A stretch of 64,000 nt of DNA from Nitrosopumilus sp. Its GTDB lineage: Archaea; Thermoproteota; Nitrososphaeria; Nitrososphaerales; Nitrosopumilaceae. The DNA is taken from the NCBI GenBank assembly GCA_965249555.1, contig OZ252243.1:1632001-1696000 (forward strand), given 5' to 3'. Positions 51,366 to 60,061 of the stretch are shown in pieces. A program made the translations under genes and the position numbers. The notes under the pieces were generated by a model, which was not told where the DNA came from, did no database searches, and saw only the letters and a program-made list of their open reading frames with translations. How positions within the stretch are numbered: the stretch's first letter is position 1; each line of letters starts with the position of its first letter.

Positions 51366-52480
51366 TAATCTCTCTTTGGAATTTTAGATGTTGGATTACC
51401 AAAACTGTATGTGTTTCCAGTACCCATGTATGCCTTTGGTCTTACAGGATCTCCTCCCTCCAAACCTCTCTTTGTTAATGATAATCCTGCCAATAGTTCA
51501 ATAACTAATCTTTGTCCTAATCCAGATGTGATTCCTCCATTGTAAGAACTTGAATCACTGACATCATATGCTGGAGCAATTTCTACCAAATCCATTGCAA
51601 ATCTATCAGGATCAAATGATTTTGATAATAGACGAATCATTCTAATTCCTTCTCTTGATGTAAGTCCATTTGGTTCTGGTTCTCCCGTACCTGGTGCATA
51701 AGCAGGATCAAACGAATCAATATCCCAGCTAAGATAGACAGCATCTGTTCCATCATTTGCTCTGTCAGCTATTTCTTTTGCAATAACATCAATTCCTAAT
51801 TCTTCAACATCAAGCATTGTAAACCATTGGAAATCTTGGTCTGACATCCATTTGTACAAATCACGTCCTGGCCAATATCCTCTTGGGCCAACAAGCGAGT
51901 AGTTCTTTCCTTTAAGACAACCCATCTCCATTATTCTTCTAATGTGAGCTCCATGATCATACTTGAAACCAGTTAGTCCTTGTGGTGCACAATCAGCGTG
52001 CGTATCAAAATGAATCATGCCTATGTTTTTGTATTTTTTCTGAAATGCTCTAACGTTTGCATAAGTAATTGAGTGATCCCCTCCAAGCATTACAGGAATA
52101 CCATCTGCCTCTAACACTTCCTTAACTTTTAGAGTCATTCTCTTGTGTGATTCTATAACATCTCCTGGTGAAACTATAACGTCACCATAATCTACTGTTC
52201 GAAAAGTTCCAAATGGATCTGCACCCGTTTCAATATTGAATCGTTCAAAAGGAGGTGATGGAATTGTAGATGCAGCTCTAATTGCTCTTGGTCCATATCT
52301 TGCTCCGGGACGAATAGTGGTACCAAAGTCAAATGGTTCCCCAATAATTGCAACATCTGGTTTTACTTCAACTAATTCTTTGTGTGTCTTTACCCAGGGA
52401 AGATGTAAAAATGTATTAATTCCTACAAATGGTGCAACATCTGCACCTTGAAAATCATCACCATAAAATTCCATGCCCAT
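51365..52480 (-). CDS. Ureohydrolase (agmatinase/guanidinobutyrase superfamily), substrate unknown
   Basis: RPGARYGPRAIR, GGDHS, DTHAD, DIDSFDP..APGTG.PEP.G, DLVE; all six metal ligands present. Confidence 0.92.
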   Translation of the reverse strand: MGMEFYGDDFQGADVAPFVGINTFLHLPWVKTHKELVEVKPDVAIIGEPFDFGTTIRPGARYGPRAIRAASTIPSPPFERFNIETGADPFGTFRTVDYGDVIVSPGDVIESHKRMTLKVKEVLEADGIPVMLGGDHSITYANVRAFQKKYKNIGMIHFDTHADCAPQGLTGFKYDHGAHIRRIMEMGCLKGKNYSLVGPRGYWPGRDLYKWMSDQDFQWFTMLDVEELGIDVIAKEIADRANDGTDAVYLSWDIDSFDPAYAPGTGEPEPNGLTSREGIRMIRLLSKSFDPDRFAMDLVEIAPAYDVSDSSSYNGGITSGLGQRLVIELLAGLSLTKRGLEGGDPVRPKAYMGTGNTYSFGNPTSKIPKRD

Positions 52481-52519
52481 TTTAAATCAAATTCTATTCA
52501 AGACTTTGATAATTAAAGA

Positions 52520-52536
52520 TTTCAAGTAAAGTACGT
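52520..52536 (-). promoter_or_regulatory. Operator/BRE element upstream of the ureohydrolase operon
   Basis: ACGTACTTTACTTGAAA ends 39 nt before the ATG and is followed by TATA-like CTTTAATT. Confidence 0.75.
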
Positions 52537-52590
52537 ATCCTGTATTTTAATTATTAATAATCCTCATATTGCAAAAAAATTAAATTATGT

Positions 52591-52599
52591 GTAATGTAC
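52591..52599. promoter_or_regulatory. Second GTACnwTAC site (ureohydrolase/TPR divergent region)
   Basis: GTAATGTAC = GTACATTAC on the minus strand. Confidence 0.55.
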
Positions 52600-52638
52600 G
52601 ATTTAAATATAAAAATAGTATCCCTGTGAAATATCAAT

Positions 52639-53877
52639 ATGATATTACAAAATTCAAAAAATGCATGGTATTTTTTGAATCAAGGTTTGGAAGCGGTTTA
52701 TTACAGTCAATTTAAAAAAGCTGTTTTAAAATTTAACAAGGCTATTTCTCTAGAACCTGAAAATACTGTGGCACAACTTCATAAAGGTAGAACATTATAT
52801 AAAATGGAAAATTTTCAAAATGCTGTAATTTGTTTTGACAATATCTTGTCTATAGATCCAAAAAGTTTAGATGCTTTATACAACAAAGGTCTTGCACTTG
52901 AAAAGGTAGAAAAATATGAAGAAGCGATATCTTCTTTCAAAAAATCTCTTGAAATTGATTCACAATATTCTGATTCATTAACATCCATGGGGTTGTGTTT
53001 TAGTAAATTAGACCGTAATGAAGAAGCTCTAAAAATAATTGATCAAGTTTTGTTGAAAAATGCAAAAAACTCTGCTGCTCTTTACGCTAAAAGTTTGATT
53101 CTGGGAAGATTAGAAAAAAGTTCAGAGTCAATACTATTCTTACAGCAAGCTATTGATGAAGATTCTAGACAATCTGATATTCTATATGAGAAAGGGCAAG
53201 AACTTACAAAGCAAGGAAAGCATACTGTAGCAATAAAATTCTACACCAAGGCTTTAGAGATAGATAGTAAAAACACTAAGGCATTAGTGGCCAAGGGCTG
53301 GACGCTTGATTTTGCAGGATTTTCCAACAAAGATATTTTTGTATTTTATGATGAGGCTCTAAAAATTGATCCAAGATGCACTGAGGCTCAATTCAATAAA
53401 GGAATAGTTTTGGATAGAACCCGTCTGTACAAAAAGGCTATAGAATGTTTTGATAAAATTTTAGAATATGACACTGATAATGTTCGGGCACTTTACAGTA
53501 AAGGTACATCTTTATCTCAATTGAAAAAGTTTGGCCAAGCAAGATTCTATTTTGAATGTGCATTAGAGCTTGAACCAGAAAATGTTGTTGCTTTGGGTAG
53601 TATGGTATGGTTTCTAGAACATTCAAAAAAATATGATGAGGCGCTTGAATACTGTGAAAAAGCATTAAAAATCAATCCAAATTACGTATATGCAATAAGC
53701 TATAAGGGAAAATTACTTTTATTATTAAAAAAATATGAAGAATCTCTAAAATGTTACAACAAAGCAATAGAACTTGATCCAAATAATCAAACTGCGCTTT
53801 TTCACCGATTTAAAGTACAAGATAAATTAAACAAAATGAAACAAGAGTCATTTTTAAAAAGACTTACAAAATTATGA
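52639..53877 (+). CDS. Tetratricopeptide repeat protein
   Basis: About 11 34-aa repeats (A.YNKG..L...EEA...F.K.LEID). Confidence 0.92.
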   Translation: MILQNSKNAWYFLNQGLEAVYYSQFKKAVLKFNKAISLEPENTVAQLHKGRTLYKMENFQNAVICFDNILSIDPKSLDALYNKGLALEKVEKYEEAISSFKKSLEIDSQYSDSLTSMGLCFSKLDRNEEALKIIDQVLLKNAKNSAALYAKSLILGRLEKSSESILFLQQAIDEDSRQSDILYEKGQELTKQGKHTVAIKFYTKALEIDSKNTKALVAKGWTLDFAGFSNKDIFVFYDEALKIDPRCTEAQFNKGIVLDRTRLYKKAIECFDKILEYDTDNVRALYSKGTSLSQLKKFGQARFYFECALELEPENVVALGSMVWFLEHSKKYDEALEYCEKALKINPNYVYAISYKGKLLLLLKKYEESLKCYNKAIELDPNNQTALFHRFKVQDKLNKMKQESFLKRLTKL

Positions 53878-53944
53878 TACTTTTAAGAAAAAATAAAAAT
53901 TAAATTTCGAATATTTTTATATTTGTTCTTTGTACTGATTAGTA

Positions 53945-54196
53945 ATGCAGAATGTTAGCACACAAGAAGATGTCAATAGAGAATCAAAAAGAATAATCAA
54001 TGCATTATATGGGGATGTAAGCGACTTTAGGGTCAATGAAACATTTCAAATTCCTGAAAAAGGACCTAGAGAAGCTTGGGATGTTCAAGTTAATTTTATG
54101 CTGAATGCTTTGAAATATACTGTGGACCTTGAAATCCAAGAGAAAGAAGGTCATGTAACTAGTGCACGATTAATTGATACAATGACCCCCCTCTAA
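53945..54196 (+). CDS. Small hypothetical protein
   Basis: 83-aa ATG ORF downstream of the TPR gene. Confidence 0.7.
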   Translation: MQNVSTQEDVNRESKRIINALYGDVSDFRVNETFQIPEKGPREAWDVQVNFMLNALKYTVDLEIQEKEGHVTSARLIDTMTPL

Positions 54197-54238
54197 TTTT
54201 TTCAATATTTTATAAATTCAAATTATTATAAATGAACT

Positions 54239-54748
54239 TTACAGTGTTAAGATTTCTTTTGCAGCTTTAATCTTTACAAGTAATTCGTTAATGTAGCTAT
54301 CTGCAAATCTTTCAAAACTAGTAATTCCTTGGTTCTTTTTCTGTTTTTTGTACTCTTCTTGAAGCCAATTAAAATCTGATTCCTTTAGACTAATGGAATT
54401 ATTTTGAGCATCGTTTTTTGATTCAAGCATGTTAACGATAAAATAACTTACAAATTTTGTAAAGCATTTTACGCCATATTTTTTTTCATATTCATCCCCA
54501 AATTTTTTATGATTTTTTACTAACCAATCTTTTACATCCGATCTAATTGTTATCGTGTTATATCTACCCGACAAATCTAATTTTATTTTATGAGATTCTA
54601 CTGAATAATGCCCTCTCTTAATTTCATTCATTATGATGATTAAGGTACTAGGTAGAAACATTCCGGGATAGCTTTTGTCGGTTGCTTCTTGCAATCTAGT
54701 TGTAATAACTGGTTTCATGCCAAATGTCGAATATCCTTTGCCTGGCAT
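54239..54748 (-). CDS. Putative tandem ribbon-helix-helix DNA-binding protein
   Basis: Three strand-helix(-helix) units: YSTFGMKP...RL, YNTITIRSDVKDWL...FTKFVSYFI, NSISLKESDFNWL...FERFADSYI. Confidence 0.6.
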   Translation of the reverse strand: MPGKGYSTFGMKPVITTRLQEATDKSYPGMFLPSTLIIIMNEIKRGHYSVESHKIKLDLSGRYNTITIRSDVKDWLVKNHKKFGDEYEKKYGVKCFTKFVSYFIVNMLESKNDAQNNSISLKESDFNWLQEEYKKQKKNQGITSFERFADSYINELLVKIKAAKEILTL

Positions 54749-54796
54749 ATGAAATGGATCTAACTGGTGTTTATATTATTTTATGAATTTGGAAAG

Positions 54797-54967
54797 TTAA
54801 GTTTGCTTTTTTTTCAATTCTTTAATTAATCGAATTAATACCCAAAATGTTCCCATTACTACAATCCCTATGCCGAGACCACTAGAAAAAGCATTATCTG
54901 AACCAGATTGATTTAAACCCAGTCCTAAGATAATTAGAATAACTGCAAAAGCATATTGTTTATCCAC
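54797..54967 (-). CDS. 56-aa two-TM micro-protein (not in track)
   Basis: GTG start; MDKQYAFAVILIILGLGLNQSGSDNAFSSGLGIGIVVMGTFWVLIRLIKELKKKQT. Confidence 0.6.
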   Translation of the reverse strand: MDKQYAFAVILIILGLGLNQSGSDNAFSSGLGIGIVVMGTFWVLIRLIKELKKKQT

Positions 54968-55162
54968 GTTCTGCCTAAGAGGATTAATTTAATAACATTT
55001 TGAATTTTAAATTTGAGCAAAATTTTAGTAATGAAAATTTAATTATATCTTTTTGTAATCTAACAATAAGAGATTCATAATTTCATTATTTTACAAAATC
55101 ATTTAATTTATCCATTAAATTTCTGTTAAAACTACAAAATATGATGAATTATTTTGTTAAAT

Positions 55163-55210
55163 GTACTATACGAATCATTTATTCCTCAAAAAAACGTACT
55201 ATACTTGAAA
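55163..55210 (+). promoter_or_regulatory. Two GTACTATAC operator sites upstream of the SSS transporter
   Basis: Sites at 55163-55171 and 55196-55204; ACGTACTATACTTGAAA ends 39 nt before the ATG. Confidence 0.75.
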
Positions 55211-55249
55211 AATTCAATACTGATATAGTTTGATAAGTTCAATGAGATT

Positions 55250-56854
55250 ATGGTGGAGATGGATGGGTTTGGTATTGCCGTTGCCGCTTTTATTGTCATT
55301 ACACTTCTTGTTGGTGTATTCGCCGGTAAGCTAGTAAAAAATAGTGGTAAGCGACTGATCGTTGCAGGAAAAAGTCTACCTTTGTTTATGGTTGGAACTA
55401 TGCTTGCAGCACAAGCAGTTGATGGAAATTCATCGTTAGGAAATGTTGCACTTGTTTTTGAATTTGGATTTTGGGCAGGAGCAGTTATTCCGATTGGTTT
55501 AGGATTGTGTCTGTTTGTAACAGCTGCATTCTATGCTAAACCCCTAAACAAAATGTCAATGATTACATTACCTGATTTCTATTTCAGAAGATTTGGAAAT
55601 GGAGCAGAAGGTCTTTCCGGAATTCTTATGATAATTAGTTTTCTAATTCTTGTTGCAGGCAATTTAGCTGCTAGTGGATTTATTTTGGAAGTTGTGTTTG
55701 GTATAAATTATTTCTACGGTATTGCAATTTCAGCTATAGTTGTGGTAATCTATACTGTTGCTGGCGGATTATTTGCATCAGCCTATACAAATCTGTTCCA
55801 AGTTTATCTTGCAATTGGTGCATTTTGGGCTGGATTCCTTTTCTTTTATGGGGGATTTGCAGATACTCCTTGGGATGTCATTTACAACAACGCACCACCA
55901 GAGTTCATGGACCTGTCTGGATTGTACGACATGGCGAATGGAGCGCTGATTAATTGGGGTGCTATTCTTGCACTAGGACTGGGAGATATAGTTGCGCTTG
56001 ACTTTATGGAGCGAGTGTTTTCAGCTAAGAACCCCAAAACAGCACAAAGAGGTGCTTTAATGGGCGGTGCACTAACTATGTTTACAGTAATTCCAACTAG
56101 CATGTTGGGAATTGTAGCATTTTTCTATCTCCCAGCAGATACAATACCAGATTTAGCATTACCTTTACTATCCACAGAAATCTTACCATTTGCAATTGGT
56201 GCAGCAATACTGATGGGAGTAGTTGGGGCATCAATGTCTACTGCAAGTGGAGGACTATTGGCAATATCTAGTGTAATTTCCAGAAACATGATGCAGAGAA
56301 TTATCAGAAGACGATGGCAACAAAAACCAAATTGGAGCGATAGTCAATTACTCAAAGTTACTCGTCTTGTAATTATCCCAATGATGGTAATTGGAACTGC
56401 AATTGGTTATTTCGTACCAGCTCCTGGAATTTATCTCATCTTAGCATTTGACATAGTTTTTGCCGGAGCATTTGCTCCTCTTACATTAGGTTTGTTCTGG
56501 AAAAAGTCAAACATGCCAGCAGCCGTTGTAGCTCTTGTTGTTGGTTCACTAATACGATTCATCTTCTTCTTTACAATGCCAGAAGAATGGGCAGGATTAG
56601 ATACAATGATACCCCCAATCATTGCATTTGCTCTGTTCTTTGTAGTTGCACAAGCAACCCAAGGAAAGTATCCAGGAAAAGCAAGACACGATGTACGAGA
56701 CTATGTGCCACCTGAAGAAGATGTAATTGCAGGAGAAGATTTGTTACACTTCAAAAATGATACTTCGGCTACAAGTGCAGGTGGACCAAGCTCTGATACA
56801 CCAGGACCTGACACACCTGAACCCGATGATGCTACAAGTAAGGAAGTAACGTAG
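55250..56854 (+). CDS. Sodium:solute symporter (SSS) family transporter, not DUR3-type
   Basis: About 13 TMs; VAGKSLP, TLPDFYFRRFG, YTVAGGL, RVFSAK, ASMSTAS; lacks the DUR3 WTWAAT motif. Confidence 0.92.
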   Translation: MVEMDGFGIAVAAFIVITLLVGVFAGKLVKNSGKRLIVAGKSLPLFMVGTMLAAQAVDGNSSLGNVALVFEFGFWAGAVIPIGLGLCLFVTAAFYAKPLNKMSMITLPDFYFRRFGNGAEGLSGILMIISFLILVAGNLAASGFILEVVFGINYFYGIAISAIVVVIYTVAGGLFASAYTNLFQVYLAIGAFWAGFLFFYGGFADTPWDVIYNNAPPEFMDLSGLYDMANGALINWGAILALGLGDIVALDFMERVFSAKNPKTAQRGALMGGALTMFTVIPTSMLGIVAFFYLPADTIPDLALPLLSTEILPFAIGAAILMGVVGASMSTASGGLLAISSVISRNMMQRIIRRRWQQKPNWSDSQLLKVTRLVIIPMMVIGTAIGYFVPAPGIYLILAFDIVFAGAFAPLTLGLFWKKSNMPAAVVALVVGSLIRFIFFFTMPEEWAGLDTMIPPIIAFALFFVVAQATQGKYPGKARHDVRDYVPPEEDVIAGEDLLHFKNDTSATSAGGPSSDTPGPDTPEPDDATSKEVT

Positions 56855-56998
56855 CAAAATCAAATAATGCAGAAGTCTCTGCTCATTTGATTTTATGTTC
56901 TTTATTTTTGATAAATTAAATTCATCAGTAAGCATATTTTAATATCTCTAAAAGTGGTTATAGTGCAGGTTTAACCAATTAATCCAAGTTTAATGGTA

Positions 56999-57118
56999 CC
57001 TCACGTGAGTTTGGATGGCGGCACTCCTGCCGAAGCCTGCGGCATTCAAGTCGAAGGAAAAAATCAATGGTTACCCCTTATTCAGAACGCAAAACTAGTT
57101 GATTTAACACGTGTTTAA
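56999..57118 (+). pseudogene. C-terminal remnant of a DDE integrase/transposase
   Basis: PHVSLDGGTPAEACGIQVEGKNQWLPLIQNA matches the PH.SL.G.TPAE end of the integrase core. Confidence 0.7.
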
Positions 57119-57167
57119 AGCAAAACTACAAGCATTTAAGAATCTGAAATATATTAATATATTATAA

Positions 57168-57284
57168 TTGGAAGAAGAAGAGGAAGAAGAAATGACTGAT
57201 GAAAGTAGAGAAATAATAAAAGCACTTGTAAAGAAAACTTTGACTCGACACAGAATTATATTTGAACGATTAGACGAACTTTGA
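57168..57284 (+). CDS. 38-aa acidic candidate antitoxin for the Doc toxin (not in track)
   Basis: MEEEEEEEMTDESREIIKALVKKTLTRHRIIFERLDEL; TGATG overlap with the toxin start. Confidence 0.55.
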   Translation: MEEEEEEEMTDESREIIKALVKKTLTRHRIIFERLDEL

Positions 57285-57544
57285 TGATTGATTTTAATAC
57301 AGATGTTATTAAGGCAATTCATACTGAATTAGAAAAATCTTTTCCAAGAATGGAAAAGGGAATTATTCCTGAGAAAGAACCATTACTTCAATCTATTATT
57401 GAAAAACCAGATAGAATACTTTTTGGTGTTGAAAGCCCATATCAAGATTTGATAAGTAAAGCAGCTGTTATGATGGAGGCAATAACTCGATGGCATGTTT
57501 TTGTCGATGGAAACAAAAGAACATCATTTTTGACACACATCTAG
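57284..57544 (+). pseudogene. Fic/Doc toxin, apparently C-terminally truncated
   Basis: KAAVMMEAITRWHVFVDGNKRT Doc motif with a stop only 6 residues later. Confidence 0.8.
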
Positions 57545-57630
57545 GCTGGGATGATATTAATGGAGCAGTTTTGTGCCTAAAAATTGCTAATTTTTATAAT
57601 TATTATAATGAATATAATTTTTATAATGGG

Positions 57631-57657
57631 ATTGTAACGTTATTGTAACGTTACAAT
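57631..57657. promoter_or_regulatory. Perfect 16-bp palindrome plus a partial direct repeat
   Basis: ATTGTAACGTT followed by ATTGTAACGTTACAAT, overlapping an ATG at 57656. Confidence 0.5.
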
Positions 57658-57975
57658 GATACCAAAAGAAAAACTACAATGGACTGAAAAAGATAGCAAG
57701 GATGCTAAGACATTTGTAGACGGTGTCAAAGATGGTTCTATCAAAACTACAAATTTCCTCAATTTAAAAAGGGCATAATCTTTACACATTACAACTATGC
57801 CGTGGGTTGCTGTATCTCCAATATCATTCATTAGTACTGTAAGAGATCTTCCTATTGATGAACCTACATAACGTGCGATTAGATTGTTGTTTTCGCTCTC
57901 TGCAATTACATAAACTCCTCTCGTTTCAACCCATTTTGGGGACAAATTGTCCGTTTCCGATTGGATTATAATCAA
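57640..57975 (-). pseudogene. Possible GIY-YIG nuclease fragment
   Basis: GVY-x13-YVGSS; the remainder looks like read-through into unrelated sequence. Confidence 0.3.
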
Positions 57976-58162
57976 ATGGGCCGTTCCAAGTTAGTTTTTG
58001 CATATATTGATAATTTCTTTACAAATAATAAATATTGAAAAGCTTAACAAAAGCTTCTGAAAAGCCAATCTCTGTTATTTCCATGCGTAAAAACATGATA
58101 TATTCATAAGAAAAGATTGGAAATTCTTTACTAGTCATATTCACTTGTGTCTATAACCATTG

Positions 58163-58295
58163 TTTAATGTACTAAACATTGATTGTAGAATTACTTTAAT
58201 GGACTAAACTTTGATTTTACGTTGTTTTAATGGATTAAACCTTGATTGTAGAACTGCTTTAACCCATTAAACCTTGATTCTAGAATTGTTTTAAT
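58163..58295. repeat. Non-coding 31-32-bp imperfect tandem repeat x4 ending in the chaperonin promoter
   Basis: Units start at 58163, 58195, 58226 and 58258; consensus tttaatggaYtaaaccttgattgtagaattgY. Confidence 0.88.
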
Positions 58296-58314
58296 ATCTA
58301 AAAGGAGGCTAAAA

Positions 58315-60009
58315 GTGATGAAATATCCAGGTTTGCTTGATCAAGATATTTCACGTATTGGATTACGAGAATCACAAATGTATAATTTAATCTCAGGCAA
58401 ACTTGTTACAGAAATAGTTAAAACATCTCTTGGTCCGCGCGGTATGGAAAAAATATACATTGACATACTTGGAGAAGATTCAATTACAAGTCACGGTGGC
58501 GCATTTTTGAGAAAAGTTGATGTTGATCATCCTGCAGCTAAGTCAGTTATTGAAGCTATAAACACAGTTGATACTCATGTTGGAGATGGTACTACATCTA
58601 CAGCTATTTTGATTGGTAGTTTACTCAAACATGCTGAAGAATTATTAAAAATTGGAATTCCTGTTGCTACAATTACTCGTGGTTATAATCAAAGTCTAGA
58701 CTGTGCTTTAGAAACATTGGATGAAATCAAGATAAAATCAAACCGAAGAGATAGAAAAATAATGCGACAATTACTAACTACCTGTTTAGAGGGAAAAGCA
58801 ATTTTTGATTTACAAGAAGAAAATACAATGATTGTAGATATTATCATTGAGGCTGTATGTGATATTGCCAACTTGGAAAGAGGACAGATAGATATCGATG
58901 ACATAAAAATTGAAGAAAAGATAGGAAATGCTACAGAAATACAATTGATCAAAGGTACAGTGATTGATAAAACGATAGATAGTTCAGCAATGCCTAGAAC
59001 TATCCACGATGCCAAGATTTTGTTAATTAATGAATCATTAGAACCCATGAGAACAAGAACCGAAGCAGAGATAGAAATAAACTCGCCCAAACAAATGAGT
59101 CAATTCCTTGACCAAGAAAACACAGACTTGCTTACACTTGTAAAAAATATTGTAGATTCAGGAGCTAATGTCGTAATATCTAGGAAAGGAGTTAATGAGT
59201 TTGTTCAAGAAGCTCTCGCAAAACATGGTATTATTTCAATGAGACGAGTAAAGTACAATGATTTATGGTGGCTAGAAAAGGCAACTGGTGCTAAGATCTG
59301 TAAAAATATTGAGAAAATATCTAATGGTGAATTAGGTTTTGCAAAAAGAGTGTATGAGAAGACTGTAGGTGGAGATAAAATGGTTTTTGTGGAAGGTGGA
59401 AACAATCCAAAATCTGTAACTTTGTTATTGAGAGCAAACTCTAAACGATTTCTAGATGAATTTCACAGAAATGCTTTGAATGCATTTTATGTATTAAGAA
59501 ATTTCATTGAACATCCGTTTATTGTATATGGTGCTGGCTCTGTTGAAGGAATAGTATCTCAAAAAATTAGAAAGCAAGCTATAACTGTTGAAGGTAAGGA
59601 ACAAATTGCAATACAAAAATTTGCAGATGCTGTAGACGAAATACCATTAACATTAGCACAGAATGTGGGAATGGATGTATTAGATACATTAACACAATTT
59701 CGAGCAAAATTTTCAACATTGAATGGTAAGATAAAATGGTATGGAATAAATTCTAACACTAGAAAGATATCTGATGTATCGTCATCTGACATTATAGAAA
59801 CAGTAGTTGTTAAACAACAAGTTTTCAAAACTGCAGTTGAAGTTGCCAACATGATACTGAATGTTGATGATGTGTTCATGAAGAATTTGATTGACAATAC
59901 CCATTGTCATATTGATGGAGTAGTTCACGCTCATCATGATGGTGGAAAGTCTCACAATCACTTTGAGCAAGAAGGATTAGAACAAAGACAAATGCATCAT
60001 TACTACTGA
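58315..60009 (+). CDS. Divergent group II chaperonin (thermosome-like) with a His-rich C-terminal tail
   Basis: SLGPRG, HPAAK, VGDGTTST, LEKATGA, ILNVDD; tail HCHIDGVVHAHHDGGKSHNH...HHYY. Confidence 0.92.
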   Translation: MMKYPGLLDQDISRIGLRESQMYNLISGKLVTEIVKTSLGPRGMEKIYIDILGEDSITSHGGAFLRKVDVDHPAAKSVIEAINTVDTHVGDGTTSTAILIGSLLKHAEELLKIGIPVATITRGYNQSLDCALETLDEIKIKSNRRDRKIMRQLLTTCLEGKAIFDLQEENTMIVDIIIEAVCDIANLERGQIDIDDIKIEEKIGNATEIQLIKGTVIDKTIDSSAMPRTIHDAKILLINESLEPMRTRTEAEIEINSPKQMSQFLDQENTDLLTLVKNIVDSGANVVISRKGVNEFVQEALAKHGIISMRRVKYNDLWWLEKATGAKICKNIEKISNGELGFAKRVYEKTVGGDKMVFVEGGNNPKSVTLLLRANSKRFLDEFHRNALNAFYVLRNFIEHPFIVYGAGSVEGIVSQKIRKQAITVEGKEQIAIQKFADAVDEIPLTLAQNVGMDVLDTLTQFRAKFSTLNGKIKWYGINSNTRKISDVSSSDIIETVVVKQQVFKTAVEVANMILNVDDVFMKNLIDNTHCHIDGVVHAHHDGGKSHNHFEQEGLEQRQMHHYY

Positions 60010-60061
60010 GTCATTAACAATAAAAAAATATAATTTCGAAAATTATCTTTATGTTCTTTTA

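Noticed and set aside
51365-52480. Calling the ureohydrolase a guanidinase (GdmH) or speB
   Set aside because: It lacks the HTCPW and GTGWPEP motifs of GdmH, no hypAB-like genes are adjacent, and it also departs from the canonical agmatinase HGTPF motif; substrate left open.
52481-52638. Guanidine riboswitch upstream of the hydrolase
   Set aside because: The region is AT-rich with no ykkC-type stems or paired ACGR hairpins, and the leader after the TATA box is too short.
55250-56854. DUR3 urea transporter
   Set aside because: The DUR3 WTWAAT-type motif is absent (AQAVDGNS at the equivalent position).
58163-58295. CRISPR array
   Set aside because: Repeat units are contiguous with no unique spacers, and there are no cas genes in the window.
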